This document shows positions 28,041-36,934 of a stretch of DNA of 64,000 nucleotides, one piece after another. A model generated the notes under the pieces. That model saw only the letters and a program-made list of their open reading frames with translations, was not told the origin of the DNA and ran no database searches. Source of the stretch: an uncultured delta proteobacterium (GTDB lineage: Bacteria > Desulfobacterota > Desulfomonilia > UBA1062); contig CAWAUM010000012.1 of the NCBI GenBank assembly GCA_963785235.1, forward strand, positions 32,001 to 96,000, given 5' to 3'. The translations under genes and the position numbers were made by a program. Each line of letters opens with the position of its first letter. Positions within the stretch are counted from its first letter, which is position 1.

Positions 28041-29549
28041 TCACCTGCCGTGTGCCACTGACAAGAATCCTTTCAGCATGAGTTTGCCCATGATATCGAT
28101 GCTTGGCGCCACGATCTTATCCGGGTCCATCTTCAACCCTGCTGCCATGTCGCGCACCAGTTCGCCCAAGGTCCGCTCCCCGGTGCATCCAGCGAGCATG
28201 GTGGCCATGAGCCTGTCCACATTCCCGGTGAACGGGAACCCGCCCGACTGCCTGATCTGGGCGCTGCTCACCTTCCATATGCCTTCATGGGCCTCAAGGG
28301 TCTGGGTCAGCTCGTGCTCTGCGGTCAGGATGAACCGCAAGCCCAGGATGTCCTTGCCCGAGTCCAGGATATCCTGGGCAGCGAAGATCCTTTTGAGCTG
28401 GTCGCTGCAGGGCCCTTTTGCCCGGTACTCGGGCGCGCGGTCCGTGTAGACCCAGTTCTTCACACCAAGCCTACGCCTGAGGATGATTGCACCGAAGCTT
28501 ATCTTGCCGATGCCCAGGCTCTGGTAGTATGCAAGCCACCTGTCCAGCGTTTCGGGGAATTTTTCCGGCGGCACGGCAGCATCGCGCGCAAGCCAGGACG
28601 AGGCATAGGAGATGGGGTCTTCCGTCTCCGAGCAGAGCAGCATGATGTCGCACCCGCTGGAATCGAGCCAGGCAAGCGGCCTGTCCTGCCAGTCGTCTTG
28701 ATTCCTGTGGTGCCAGTTGACCAGGACCGTGCAGTACCCGCCATCGTTCAAAAGCTTGGGCGCGCCCCTTACTATACGCTCGCAGAGCGCATCTCCTTCC
28801 ATGCCGCTGTCGCGGTACTGGTAGAGGCCCTTGGGTGAGATGACAAAGGGAGGATTGCAGACGATGAGGTCAAAGGAGCGGCCCTCGACCGGCTCAAAAA
28901 GGCTTCCCTGAAGGAATTCTATGTTCGCAGCGCCGTTAAGCCTGGCATTCATGTGCCCGAAGTTGAGCGCCCGGGCATTGATGTCCGTGGCGAACACCCT
29001 CTCGCCGTGAAGGGCGGCCCTGAGGGACTGGTAACCGGCGCCTGCACCCAGATCGAGGATGTCCTTTGCCTTTTCGCGCACGGTCATGTTGGCCAGGGCA
29101 ACCGTGGAAGGCCCGATGCCCAGCACAAAATCATCTGCAGCCTGTGAGCCTGTCACCTGGGGGAGAAAGTCGCACAGGAAGAACACATCCTCGTATGACA
29201 TGAGGCCCGCCTCTGCGCGGATGCCGGTTTTTGCCTTGCGGAGAAGGCCTGCGGCCAGGAGGTCTTCCACCTTGAGAGGATCGAGGGCCTCCTGAGCGGC
29301 CTGGGTGGATACCTCGCTGCCCAGGATGAAGAGCCTTACCAGGGTGTTGTAGGGGGATGGTTTCTCCGTGCGCCTGAGTATGGCATACACGTCGGCCTTC
29401 CTGGCCAGGGGACCTTCCGGGGCATCGAGGTTCATGGTCTCAGCAATGGCCGCCTGTACATACCCCTTGCCCGCAAAGGTCTTGCGGAAGAGGTCTATAT
29501 CCAGGGGGTAATCGAGGTTGAAGGGTTTGTGATTATTCGATCTGTTCAT
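28041..29549 (-). CDS. Paralogous class I SAM-dependent methyltransferase
   Basis: LDLGAGAG, ATDINARA, FDLIVCNPPFVI, YRDSG; collinear with the 26502 protein. Confidence 0.85.
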   Translation of the reverse strand: MNRSNNHKPFNLDYPLDIDLFRKTFAGKGYVQAAIAETMNLDAPEGPLARKADVYAILRRTEKPSPYNTLVRLFILGSEVSTQAAQEALDPLKVEDLLAAGLLRKAKTGIRAEAGLMSYEDVFFLCDFLPQVTGSQAADDFVLGIGPSTVALANMTVREKAKDILDLGAGAGYQSLRAALHGERVFATDINARALNFGHMNARLNGAANIEFLQGSLFEPVEGRSFDLIVCNPPFVISPKGLYQYRDSGMEGDALCERIVRGAPKLLNDGGYCTVLVNWHHRNQDDWQDRPLAWLDSSGCDIMLLCSETEDPISYASSWLARDAAVPPEKFPETLDRWLAYYQSLGIGKISFGAIILRRRLGVKNWVYTDRAPEYRAKGPCSDQLKRIFAAQDILDSGKDILGLRFILTAEHELTQTLEAHEGIWKVSSAQIRQSGGFPFTGNVDRLMATMLAGCTGERTLGELVRDMAAGLKMDPDKIVAPSIDIMGKLMLKGFLSVAHGR

Positions 29550-29692
29550 AGTTCATAATAACATATTTGATTATCTGCCTTGGGCATAGCCACGGCAGAT
29601 TGAGCTCAACTTTCATATACGTATTATCATACATAGTGTGTTTTCTTACAAATATGAAATCATAGGTCATTTAGTGCTGTGGCAGCTTCCCC

Positions 29693-30280
29693 CTATTTGC
29701 CAAACTTCGCCAACAAGGCTTTAAACTGATTCACACCAGCACCTTGAACAGCAGGAGGTGCAGCAACTATATCAGCCATCTTTTTCCATTCCGGTTTAGC
29801 GTTCCAGGCTGGCCTCTGTGTGTACCAGGAGATACATCCTGGTTTTACTATGGTGTAAAATGTGACTTCTTTAGTAGGTGCAGTTTTTGCACTATGATGA
29901 ATTGCCACAGTAGTAGCTAATTCGGGAGACCGGCTGTTCATTATGAGACAATCGACGTTGTCAAAGTCAGCGGTTCTTATTTCGCCCCCTATACCATCTT
30001 TCGTAAACTCAAACGCATATACCGGGTCAATTTTGAAATAATAAATTATACTACCATATGAAGCTCCAGCTATATGTCTTGCCGAGGCGGTAGCCTCATC
30101 TGGCGTATGGCCGCGGAGGATGGAAAGCAAGCCCGCAAAAGTGCCTTTGCCCTTTTTTATAACGTCCTGCTTTATGTTTTTCAGGATGGCTTGCCCATTA
30201 CCAACATATCTGGCCCTTCCCGAGAACCCATCACGTTTTATCACTTCTGGTGCCCTATTATCACCCCGATATAAAAACAT
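29693..30280 (-). CDS. Enterotoxin A/pertussis-like ADP-ribosyltransferase (candidate T6SS effector)
   Basis: LYRGDNRAPEVIKRDGF; ATASA at the STS position; GSIIYYFKI; KEVTF; GGAGG RBS; AT-richer than its flanks. Confidence 0.65.
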   Translation of the reverse strand: MFLYRGDNRAPEVIKRDGFSGRARYVGNGQAILKNIKQDVIKKGKGTFAGLLSILRGHTPDEATASARHIAGASYGSIIYYFKIDPVYAFEFTKDGIGGEIRTADFDNVDCLIMNSRSPELATTVAIHHSAKTAPTKEVTFYTIVKPGCISWYTQRPAWNAKPEWKKMADIVAAPPAVQGAGVNQFKALLAKFGK

Positions 30281-30439
30281 TATAACACCTCCATATTATA
30301 TTTCGGGTCCGCAGTTTATTGATATCGTAAGGCCTTTGCATAACCTAATGCCAGACATTGTGAGTGAGGCGAAACAATCCCTGCATCTTGGCACAGTCTG
30401 GATTCGTGGACATCTTCCATGGCCGGGTACCGGGTTCAA

Positions 30440-30862
30440 TCATTTCGCAGGAAGGCACTCAAGCATCGACCTGTCGCAGACAACCTTCTGCCCTGCCTCG
30501 GCGTCCTTCTTCCATTTGGCATAGGCGTCGTCAAAGGCCTCGGGGTAGACAGCGCCTTTGTTCATAGCCTTGGTGACGCTCCTTTTCAGGGCATCTTTCG
30601 TGATAGCCATGTGGTTGCAGATGCGCTTGATGTCCCAGGAGGGCCTGCCCTTCACGTGTCCGATAACCTCGATGTGGAAGATCCCGGTGTCCTTGGCCTC
30701 TGCGAGGTTGTGGATCACGATCCATCTATCCAGGGTCCCCTTCCCTTTTATGGCCCAGATGCCAGGCTTGTGGCTGAAGATGGCCGCTTCATCGACGGCA
30801 TATGCCTCACAGGCAAAAGCGCACAGAAACAGCATGAGCATGACCGGTATGATGACCTTCAT
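30440..30862 (-). CDS. Small exported protein (DUF5086-like)
   Basis: Signal peptide ending AYA; WIVIHN, FHIEVIG, HMAIT, GAVYPEAFDDAY. Confidence 0.65.
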   Translation of the reverse strand: MKVIIPVMLMLFLCAFACEAYAVDEAAIFSHKPGIWAIKGKGTLDRWIVIHNLAEAKDTGIFHIEVIGHVKGRPSWDIKRICNHMAITKDALKRSVTKAMNKGAVYPEAFDDAYAKWKKDAEAGQKVVCDRSMLECLPAK

Positions 30863-30896
30863 AAAAACTCCTTTTATGGAGCAGCCCGGCAGTCCC

Positions 30897-32417
30897 TTAC
30901 CCGGCAGTCCATCTCCCGGAGAGCGACGTGGGCGGCTCAAAGAGCGACTGGAAGCGTACGAGGCGCGCCGTGTCCGTATCCTTGAGTGTGGCCAGTGGCA
31001 TGATGCCCGCATCCATGATGGCGTCGGCCGCCTTTTCAGTAAGCAGCACCTCTGCACATGGCTTTATCGTGGAGGAGCCCTGGTCGGAATACACATGCAG
31101 GGGCAGGTTGTCCACGTCTTTTACCGCGCCTACATGCATGTCCCAGCCGTTGAGCGAAAAGGCGCACGCCAGGAGATATGCGCAGGCAAGTGCAGGGTTT
31201 CCCCACAGATAGTGCTCGTGAACGATCTCACCCGCCATCTCCTCGAAATCGAAGGTCTCGGCTGCATCCGTGTCGCGGCCGAACGGCAGGCGCAACAGGA
31301 AGCGCGGCATGACAAGGCCCAGATAAGCAGCTTCCGGGATGTGCCTGAGGCTGTCCCATGCGGCAAGGGACTCCCTGTGGGGAAAGGCCCTCCAGGTGGC
31401 AGGATCAGGCGTTCCGCTCAAGGTCGAGCACCCCACCAGGCAGGGATCGGCCTGGGCGATGAACGGGGCATGCACGGCCGACGCTATCTTGGCCATGCGT
31501 CCCAGGAGCGCCGCATCGCTGTGATCAAAGGAATAGTTTCCTGCAAGAACGGAAAACGCCATGGTGCCCTCTGAACTGCGGGGGCCTTGCGTGAGGAGAC
31601 GGTATATGCCGGTGCGGGACAGGTCGTCGTTTGACAAGAGGTCTTCTGCAAGCTCTTCTTTGGATACGTCCAGCAGAAAGAGCTGCAGGCTCTCGTCCGT
31701 CTCCGTGCGGGACACAAGGAACTGAACCCCACGCCAGGCCGACTCCAGGGTCTGGAAGTCCCTGTGGTGCATGACCTCTGCCACAAGCTCCGAGATGGAC
31801 CGGTCCAGGGCTGCGGTCAAACGGGCCTGCTCCGGGTCTTGCCCGGCCACCAGGTGGGGCCTGACAACGGCCTGGACGAATGCATCCAGGTCGCTGCCTG
31901 AAGCGGGTTTATTTGTGCTGTTCACCGCCTGGCCGATCATCTCGTCCAGCAGGCTGCCGCCTTTGGGCTCGGATTTTTCCCTGTCCGTTCCCGGTCCGGC
32001 CTTGGTGCCGGACGTGCCGGTCAGTTCCTGGAACACCTTGACGGCCGTATTGAAGGTCCGCGGGTCGCCGAGCTTTTTTCTCACATCCTTGAGCGCCTGG
32101 AATATCCCGATGCGGTTCAGGAGGTGGTCCGGGTGGAAGTCATCCAGGCTTGAAAACGCAATGTCCAGGGTGGACCCGGCCGAGGCCAGGCGCACCTTCA
32201 CCTTCATCTTCTCCATGACCTCGTCCATGATGTCCCGGTCCACGCCAACGGCCTTTCGGCCTGTGACCGGCTCAACGATGCCCCTGCTGGCCCGGCCGGT
32301 GAAATCGCCCAGGATGCACAGGACAAAGGGGGTGTCCGGTTCGGCACGGCCCTTCGTCTCCGCCAGAGATGAGACGATCTCGAAACTGATGGAACCGAAA
32401 GAAATGGGTTTCTTCAT
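30897..32417 (-). CDS. TssB-like/TssC-like fusion protein (additional sheath-related protein)
   Basis: N-terminal PFVLCILGDFTG...SLDDFHPD (VipA-like), then HHRDFQTLESAWRG, HAPFI, PRFLLRLPFG, YLWGNPA, LPLH (VipB-like). Confidence 0.85.
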   Translation of the reverse strand: MKKPISFGSISFEIVSSLAETKGRAEPDTPFVLCILGDFTGRASRGIVEPVTGRKAVGVDRDIMDEVMEKMKVKVRLASAGSTLDIAFSSLDDFHPDHLLNRIGIFQALKDVRKKLGDPRTFNTAVKVFQELTGTSGTKAGPGTDREKSEPKGGSLLDEMIGQAVNSTNKPASGSDLDAFVQAVVRPHLVAGQDPEQARLTAALDRSISELVAEVMHHRDFQTLESAWRGVQFLVSRTETDESLQLFLLDVSKEELAEDLLSNDDLSRTGIYRLLTQGPRSSEGTMAFSVLAGNYSFDHSDAALLGRMAKIASAVHAPFIAQADPCLVGCSTLSGTPDPATWRAFPHRESLAAWDSLRHIPEAAYLGLVMPRFLLRLPFGRDTDAAETFDFEEMAGEIVHEHYLWGNPALACAYLLACAFSLNGWDMHVGAVKDVDNLPLHVYSDQGSSTIKPCAEVLLTEKAADAIMDAGIMPLATLKDTDTARLVRFQSLFEPPTSLSGRWTAG

Positions 32418-32453
32418 AATTTTATCACCTTTAGTCCGCCTTGATGCGGCCTG

Positions 32454-33233
32454 TCACACCCCGCCCCTTCTCTGCTTGTCCTGGAGCTGCCTTTGCAGGG
32501 CGCCCACCACATTCTTCTCCACCTTCTGCTTGGTGGATTTTGTGCCTTCATAGACGCGCAGGAAGTAGGTATAGGGAAAGAGGTGCGGGGCAAAAGCGTC
32601 CTTCACGTCTTCGAAATACAGGCCCAGGAATGAGCTCAGCTCGCTCTCCCTCAGGCGGAATTCGCCGCAGTTGGGGTCAAAGAGGTAGACGTGGCGCCCT
32701 CCGAATATGCTGCCCATATGCAGCGTGCCGTGGGAGAGATACCACGCAATGGCATGCCCTCCCCCGCCGTCAACCCAGGAGGCAGTCCCGGTATCGTAGC
32801 GCTGAAAGTAATACCCCATGAGAAAGGCCTTTCCCGCACCACCCCTGAAGTTAGCGGCGATCTGGTCGTTCATCCAGGCAGTCCCCGACCACAGCGGGGC
32901 ACCCAGGGTCTTTATTTCCACCATCTTGAGCCCCAGAGCGCCTTCTGCAGGTTGATACTGGTCCCCGCTGCCGTTCTTGAGGACATTGCTGTACAACCCC
33001 TGGCGGTTGATGGCCCTGCCCACCTCGAGGTTATCCACCCGCTGGGTGCCCTGTTCATTCTGTGAGAGCTTGCGCTTCATCCAGTCCATGCTCAGCGAGT
33101 AGCACACCCCGTTTATGGAAGGATGCTTGTTAACCTCCCTTGTGCTCAGATGCCAGCCCCTGAGCACATCGGGGATTTCGTCTCCCTGGTTGAATCCGAT
33201 GGTTCTCCACCCTCTTATCCTGTCAAAGGCCAT
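32454..33233 (-). CDS. YopT/AvrPphB-type (C58) cysteine protease (candidate T6SS effector)
   Basis: Triad motifs GVCYSLSMDW, GHAIAW, LFDPNCGEF. Confidence 0.8.
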   Translation of the reverse strand: MAFDRIRGWRTIGFNQGDEIPDVLRGWHLSTREVNKHPSINGVCYSLSMDWMKRKLSQNEQGTQRVDNLEVGRAINRQGLYSNVLKNGSGDQYQPAEGALGLKMVEIKTLGAPLWSGTAWMNDQIAANFRGGAGKAFLMGYYFQRYDTGTASWVDGGGGHAIAWYLSHGTLHMGSIFGGRHVYLFDPNCGEFRLRESELSSFLGLYFEDVKDAFAPHLFPYTYFLRVYEGTKSTKQKVEKNVVGALQRQLQDKQRRGGV

Positions 33234-33248
33234 GAAGCATCTCCATCT

Positions 33249-35891
33249 TTAGTTGATTGTGAATCCGAACCCAGCCCCAATGATAGCCACCTTCACCTTC
33301 TTTATCTCCTCGCCCTTGGCCATGCGGGTGAGGATCTCCTTGGACATCTCGGGCAGGAGCGTGTTGGTGAGGATGTGGTCCACGTTTCTCGCCCCGCTGT
33401 CCACCTCGGTGCAGCGCTTGGCGATTGCTTCCACGATCTCGTCGCCGAACTCCAGGGTCACCTTGCTGTTCGCCATCATGCGCTTCTTGATGCGGTTCAG
33501 CTTGAGCTTGGTGATGAGCTTCATGATCTCGTCCGTAATGGGATAGAACGGCACCACCTTCAGCCTGCCCATGAACGCGGGCTTGAAGAGCTTGACCAGC
33601 TCCGGCCTCACCAGCTCCACCAGGGCGTCCGGCCCGGGCCTGGTCTCGTCGTCGGCACAGGCCTTCATGATGGTGTCCGTGCCCGTGTTGGAGGTGAGGA
33701 TGATGAGCGTGTTCTTGAAGTCGATCTCTCTTCCCTCGCCGTCTTCCATCCTGCCCTTGTCGAAGACCTGGTAGAAGAGCTCCAGGACATCCGGGTGGGC
33801 CTTTTCCACCTCGTCCAGGAGCACCACGCTGTATGGCCTGCGCCTCACCGCCTCGGTGAGCACGCCCGCCTTCGCCGTATCCCACGTAGCCCGGGGGCGA
33901 GCCTTTCAGGCTGGACACGGTATGGGCCTCCTGGTACTCGGACATGTTGATGGTGATCACGTTCTCCTCGCCGCCATAGAGAAGTTCGGAAAGGGCCAAG
34001 GCCGTCTCGGTCTTGCCCACGCCGCTGGTGCCCACGAACATGAAGACCGCGGTGGGCTTCGACGGGTCATCGATGCCGGCATGCGCGGTCTGGATCATCT
34101 GGGCCACTGCCTCCAGGGCGTGGTCCTGGCCGATGATGCGCTCTTCCAGCAGGTTTTCCATGTTGAGCACGGTCTGGATTTCATCTGCCATCATGCGCCC
34201 GGCCGGGATGCCGGTCCAGCCCGAGATCACTTCCGAGATGGTCTGGCCCGTCACGGCCACCTGACACCAGGGGTTCGTCGCCCTGGGCCTTGATGAACTG
34301 CTTTTCCAGATCTTTGAGCTCCTTGCCTTCTTTGCAATGTCCTTGCCCTTGGGGTCCTGCTCGTGGAGCTCGTGGATCTCTTTGCGGCAGTCCAGGATCT
34401 TTGTGGCAGTGTCCATCTCTGCCTTCCATTTCTTGTCCAGCGTCTCCAGCCGCTTTGTCCGTTTCCTTGAGGTCTTTCTCCAGGGTCTTGACCTTCTCGG
34501 AATGGTCAATGCCCATGAGCGTCTCCTTCTCAAGTGCCTTGAGCTCGCTCTTGATGTGGGTGATGCGCCGCGTCGCCTCCTCCACTGCAGGCGGGCTCGT
34601 GGTGAGCCCGATGGCCACCCGGGCGCAGGCAGTATCCAGAACGCTCACCGACTTGTCCGGCAGCTGCCTTCCCGTAATGTAGCGGTGCGACAGTCTCACC
34701 GTGCTGTCCAGGGCCTCGTCCGTGATCATGACCTTGTGGTGGTTCTCCAGAAACGGCGCCACTGCCGCGCATCATGATGAGCGCCTTCTCCTCGTCGGGC
34801 TCTTCCACCTTCACCACCTGGAAGCGCCGGGCCAGGGCCGCGTCCTTCTCGAAGTACTTCTTGTACTCGGCCCAGGTGGTGGCTGCGATGGTGCGCAGCT
34901 CGCCGCGTGCCAGCGCCGGCTTGAGCAGGTTGGCGGCATCACCTGCACCCGAGCCCCCTGCGCCGATGAGGGTATGGGCCTCGTCGATGAACAGGATGAT
35001 GGGCGTGGGCGAGGCCTTCACCTCGTTGATGACGGATTTCAGCCGGTTCTCGAACTCGCCTTTGATCCCGGCCCCTGCCTGGAGCAGGCCCAGGTCGAGA
35101 GAGCGGATCTCCACGCCCTGCAGTGGCGGCGGCACATCGCCTTCGGCCACCCGCATGGCGAAACCTTCCACCACCGCGGTCTTGCCCACGCCCGCCTCGC
35201 CCGTGAGGATGGGGTTGTTCTGGCGGCGCCGGATCAGGATGTCCACCATCTGGCGCACCTCGAAGTCCCTGCCCAGGACCGGGTCGATCTTGCCTGCCTT
35301 GGCCAGGGCCGTCATGTTGATGGTGAACTGTTCCAGTGCCTTGGTGCCCACGGGCTTGCCCTTTTCAGGTGCGCCCGGAGCGGAAGAGGCCTGGGCAGCC
35401 TCGCTGTCTTCGGCAGAGCCCTTGACGATGTCCATGAGGCCTTCTTCGAGCGTCTCGACCTTTATCTTTCTCAGAGAATCCGAGTCAGTGATGAGCAAGC
35501 GCGCGGTCTGCTCACCCTTGAGCAGGGCCAGCACGATGTGGCCCGAGCGCACCACCTCGTCGGCGTAATCGATGGAGGCCAGCATCCAGGCATCCTGGAT
35601 CATCTTGGGGATCTGGGGAGAGAAGGCAGGAGTGCGGGCATTGCCTGTCTTGAAGCCCTCGATGGCACGGGTGAAGTCGGCGGTGAGGCGGTCGGCGTTG
35701 ATCTCGAAATGCCTCAGGATCTTGTGGAAGTCCGTATCCTTGAGGTCGAGAAGCTTTATGAGGAAGTGCTCCAGGTCCACTTCATAATGGGTGCGGGACA
35801 TGCACAGGCCTGCTGCCGACTCCAGGGTGCCCCTGCAGGTTGCGTTCAACTTTCCGATCAAGGTCTTCAGATTGGATACTGCCATAGTCAC
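33249..35891 (-). CDS. tssH: T6SS ATPase ClpV, split by several frameshifts
   Basis: RRRQNNPILTGEAGVGKT, RQLPDKSVSVLDTACA, GTSGVGKTE, LTEAVRRRPYSVVLLDEVEKAH across overlapping ORFs. Confidence 0.95.
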
Positions 35892-35899
35892 TCCTTTTT

Positions 35900-36934
35900 T
35901 TAATTCATGATCTGGTCTTCACCAATGGTTATGAACACATCCTGCTCCGGCCGAGTCCCCGGTTTCAGGAGCCAGCTGGTCATGCCGAGCCTGCTGGCCC
36001 CGCCCAGTGCGCAGGGCGGCACCTCTTCTTTTGAAAGGATGATCTTGAGATCGAATTCGTACTCCATGCCCACCCGGTAGCGGATGAGGGAGAATATGGG
36101 AGAGAGCATGTTTCCGCCGGGCAGAAACCGCCTGAAGTCATCGTAACCCATGGGCCCCAGATCCACCCGGAACTTGGTCTCGCAGTCCCAGACATAACTT
36201 CCGCACAGGGCATCCTCGCCCAGCCGGGCATTTGCCATGCCGAGCCGGGTATGGTCATCTTCGCAAAGGGCAATGATGCGCTCCATGAACTGTTCCACCT
36301 CTGCGTTGACCCCGGCCAGGTACGACACGGCAGCCTCGATGCCTGATGCATCGGGCGCCCTGCTGGAAAACAGACCGGTGTAGAACGCCAATGACTCCGG
36401 AGACAACCCGATGCGCTCGGAGAGACCCTCGGTGCCGAGACCGCACAGGCTTAAAAGATATCCGGTGAGCCGGTCATGTCCGCCGGGCTTATAGTTCTCG
36501 GGAAAGCGCTGCTTTTTCCATGCCAGGTAAAACAGGCTCAGGAGGCGGTGATGGAAGATGTCAAAAAAGTCCGGGATGGTGGAATCTTTGGCCTTCAGGC
36601 GCTCCATGGCAAGATCGGTGTACCAGTAGGGCAGGACCCCGGAAGGCCCGATGAGGCCCATGAAGGCGACTTCCATGGCAGCGGGCGTTCCGTCCCCCTT
36701 CTTCGTCAGCGAGGTGATGTCGGAGGCGGGAAAGGACAAATCACGCTTTACCGAGAATCTGACGGCCTCCCTGTGGGGCTCCAGGCCTTCACCAAGGGGC
36801 ACGGTATCTGGTGTCAGGCTTTCCAGGAGGTGCACCGCCTGGAAAAAGGAGAAGGCGTGGTACTCCTGAAAGAGCCTCTCCATGAGAGGGGCGGCGTCTA
36901 AATGAGGATCCGCTTGCCGTTTCTTGGCGGCCAC
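35900..36934 (-). CDS. tssG: T6SS baseplate subunit TssG
   Basis: FSFFQAVHLL, LSFPASDI, FMGLIGPSGVLP, FFDIFHHRL. Confidence 0.95.
   Translation of the reverse strand: MAAKKRQADPHLDAAPLMERLFQEYHAFSFFQAVHLLESLTPDTVPLGEGLEPHREAVRFSVKRDLSFPASDITSLTKKGDGTPAAMEVAFMGLIGPSGVLPYWYTDLAMERLKAKDSTIPDFFDIFHHRLLSLFYLAWKKQRFPENYKPGGHDRLTGYLLSLCGLGTEGLSERIGLSPESLAFYTGLFSSRAPDASGIEAAVSYLAGVNAEVEQFMERIIALCEDDHTRLGMANARLGEDALCGSYVWDCETKFRVDLGPMGYDDFRRFLPGGNMLSPIFSLIRYRVGMEYEFDLKIILSKEEVPPCALGGASRLGMTSWLLKPGTRPEQDVFITIGEDQIMN

Noticed and set aside
26420-29692. RiPP cluster built on the RRE-like methyltransferases
   Set aside because: No convincing precursor peptide, peptidase or transporter next to them; the RRE-like call itself is unverified
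30337-30354. Sigma54-like TGGCAT...TGC upstream of the ART gene
   Set aside because: GG to GC spacing is 11 nt, not the required 10
33249-35891. Programmed frameshifting or phase variation in clpV
   Set aside because: Too many breaks, and they are not at long homopolymers or obvious slippery sites; indel error or decay is simpler
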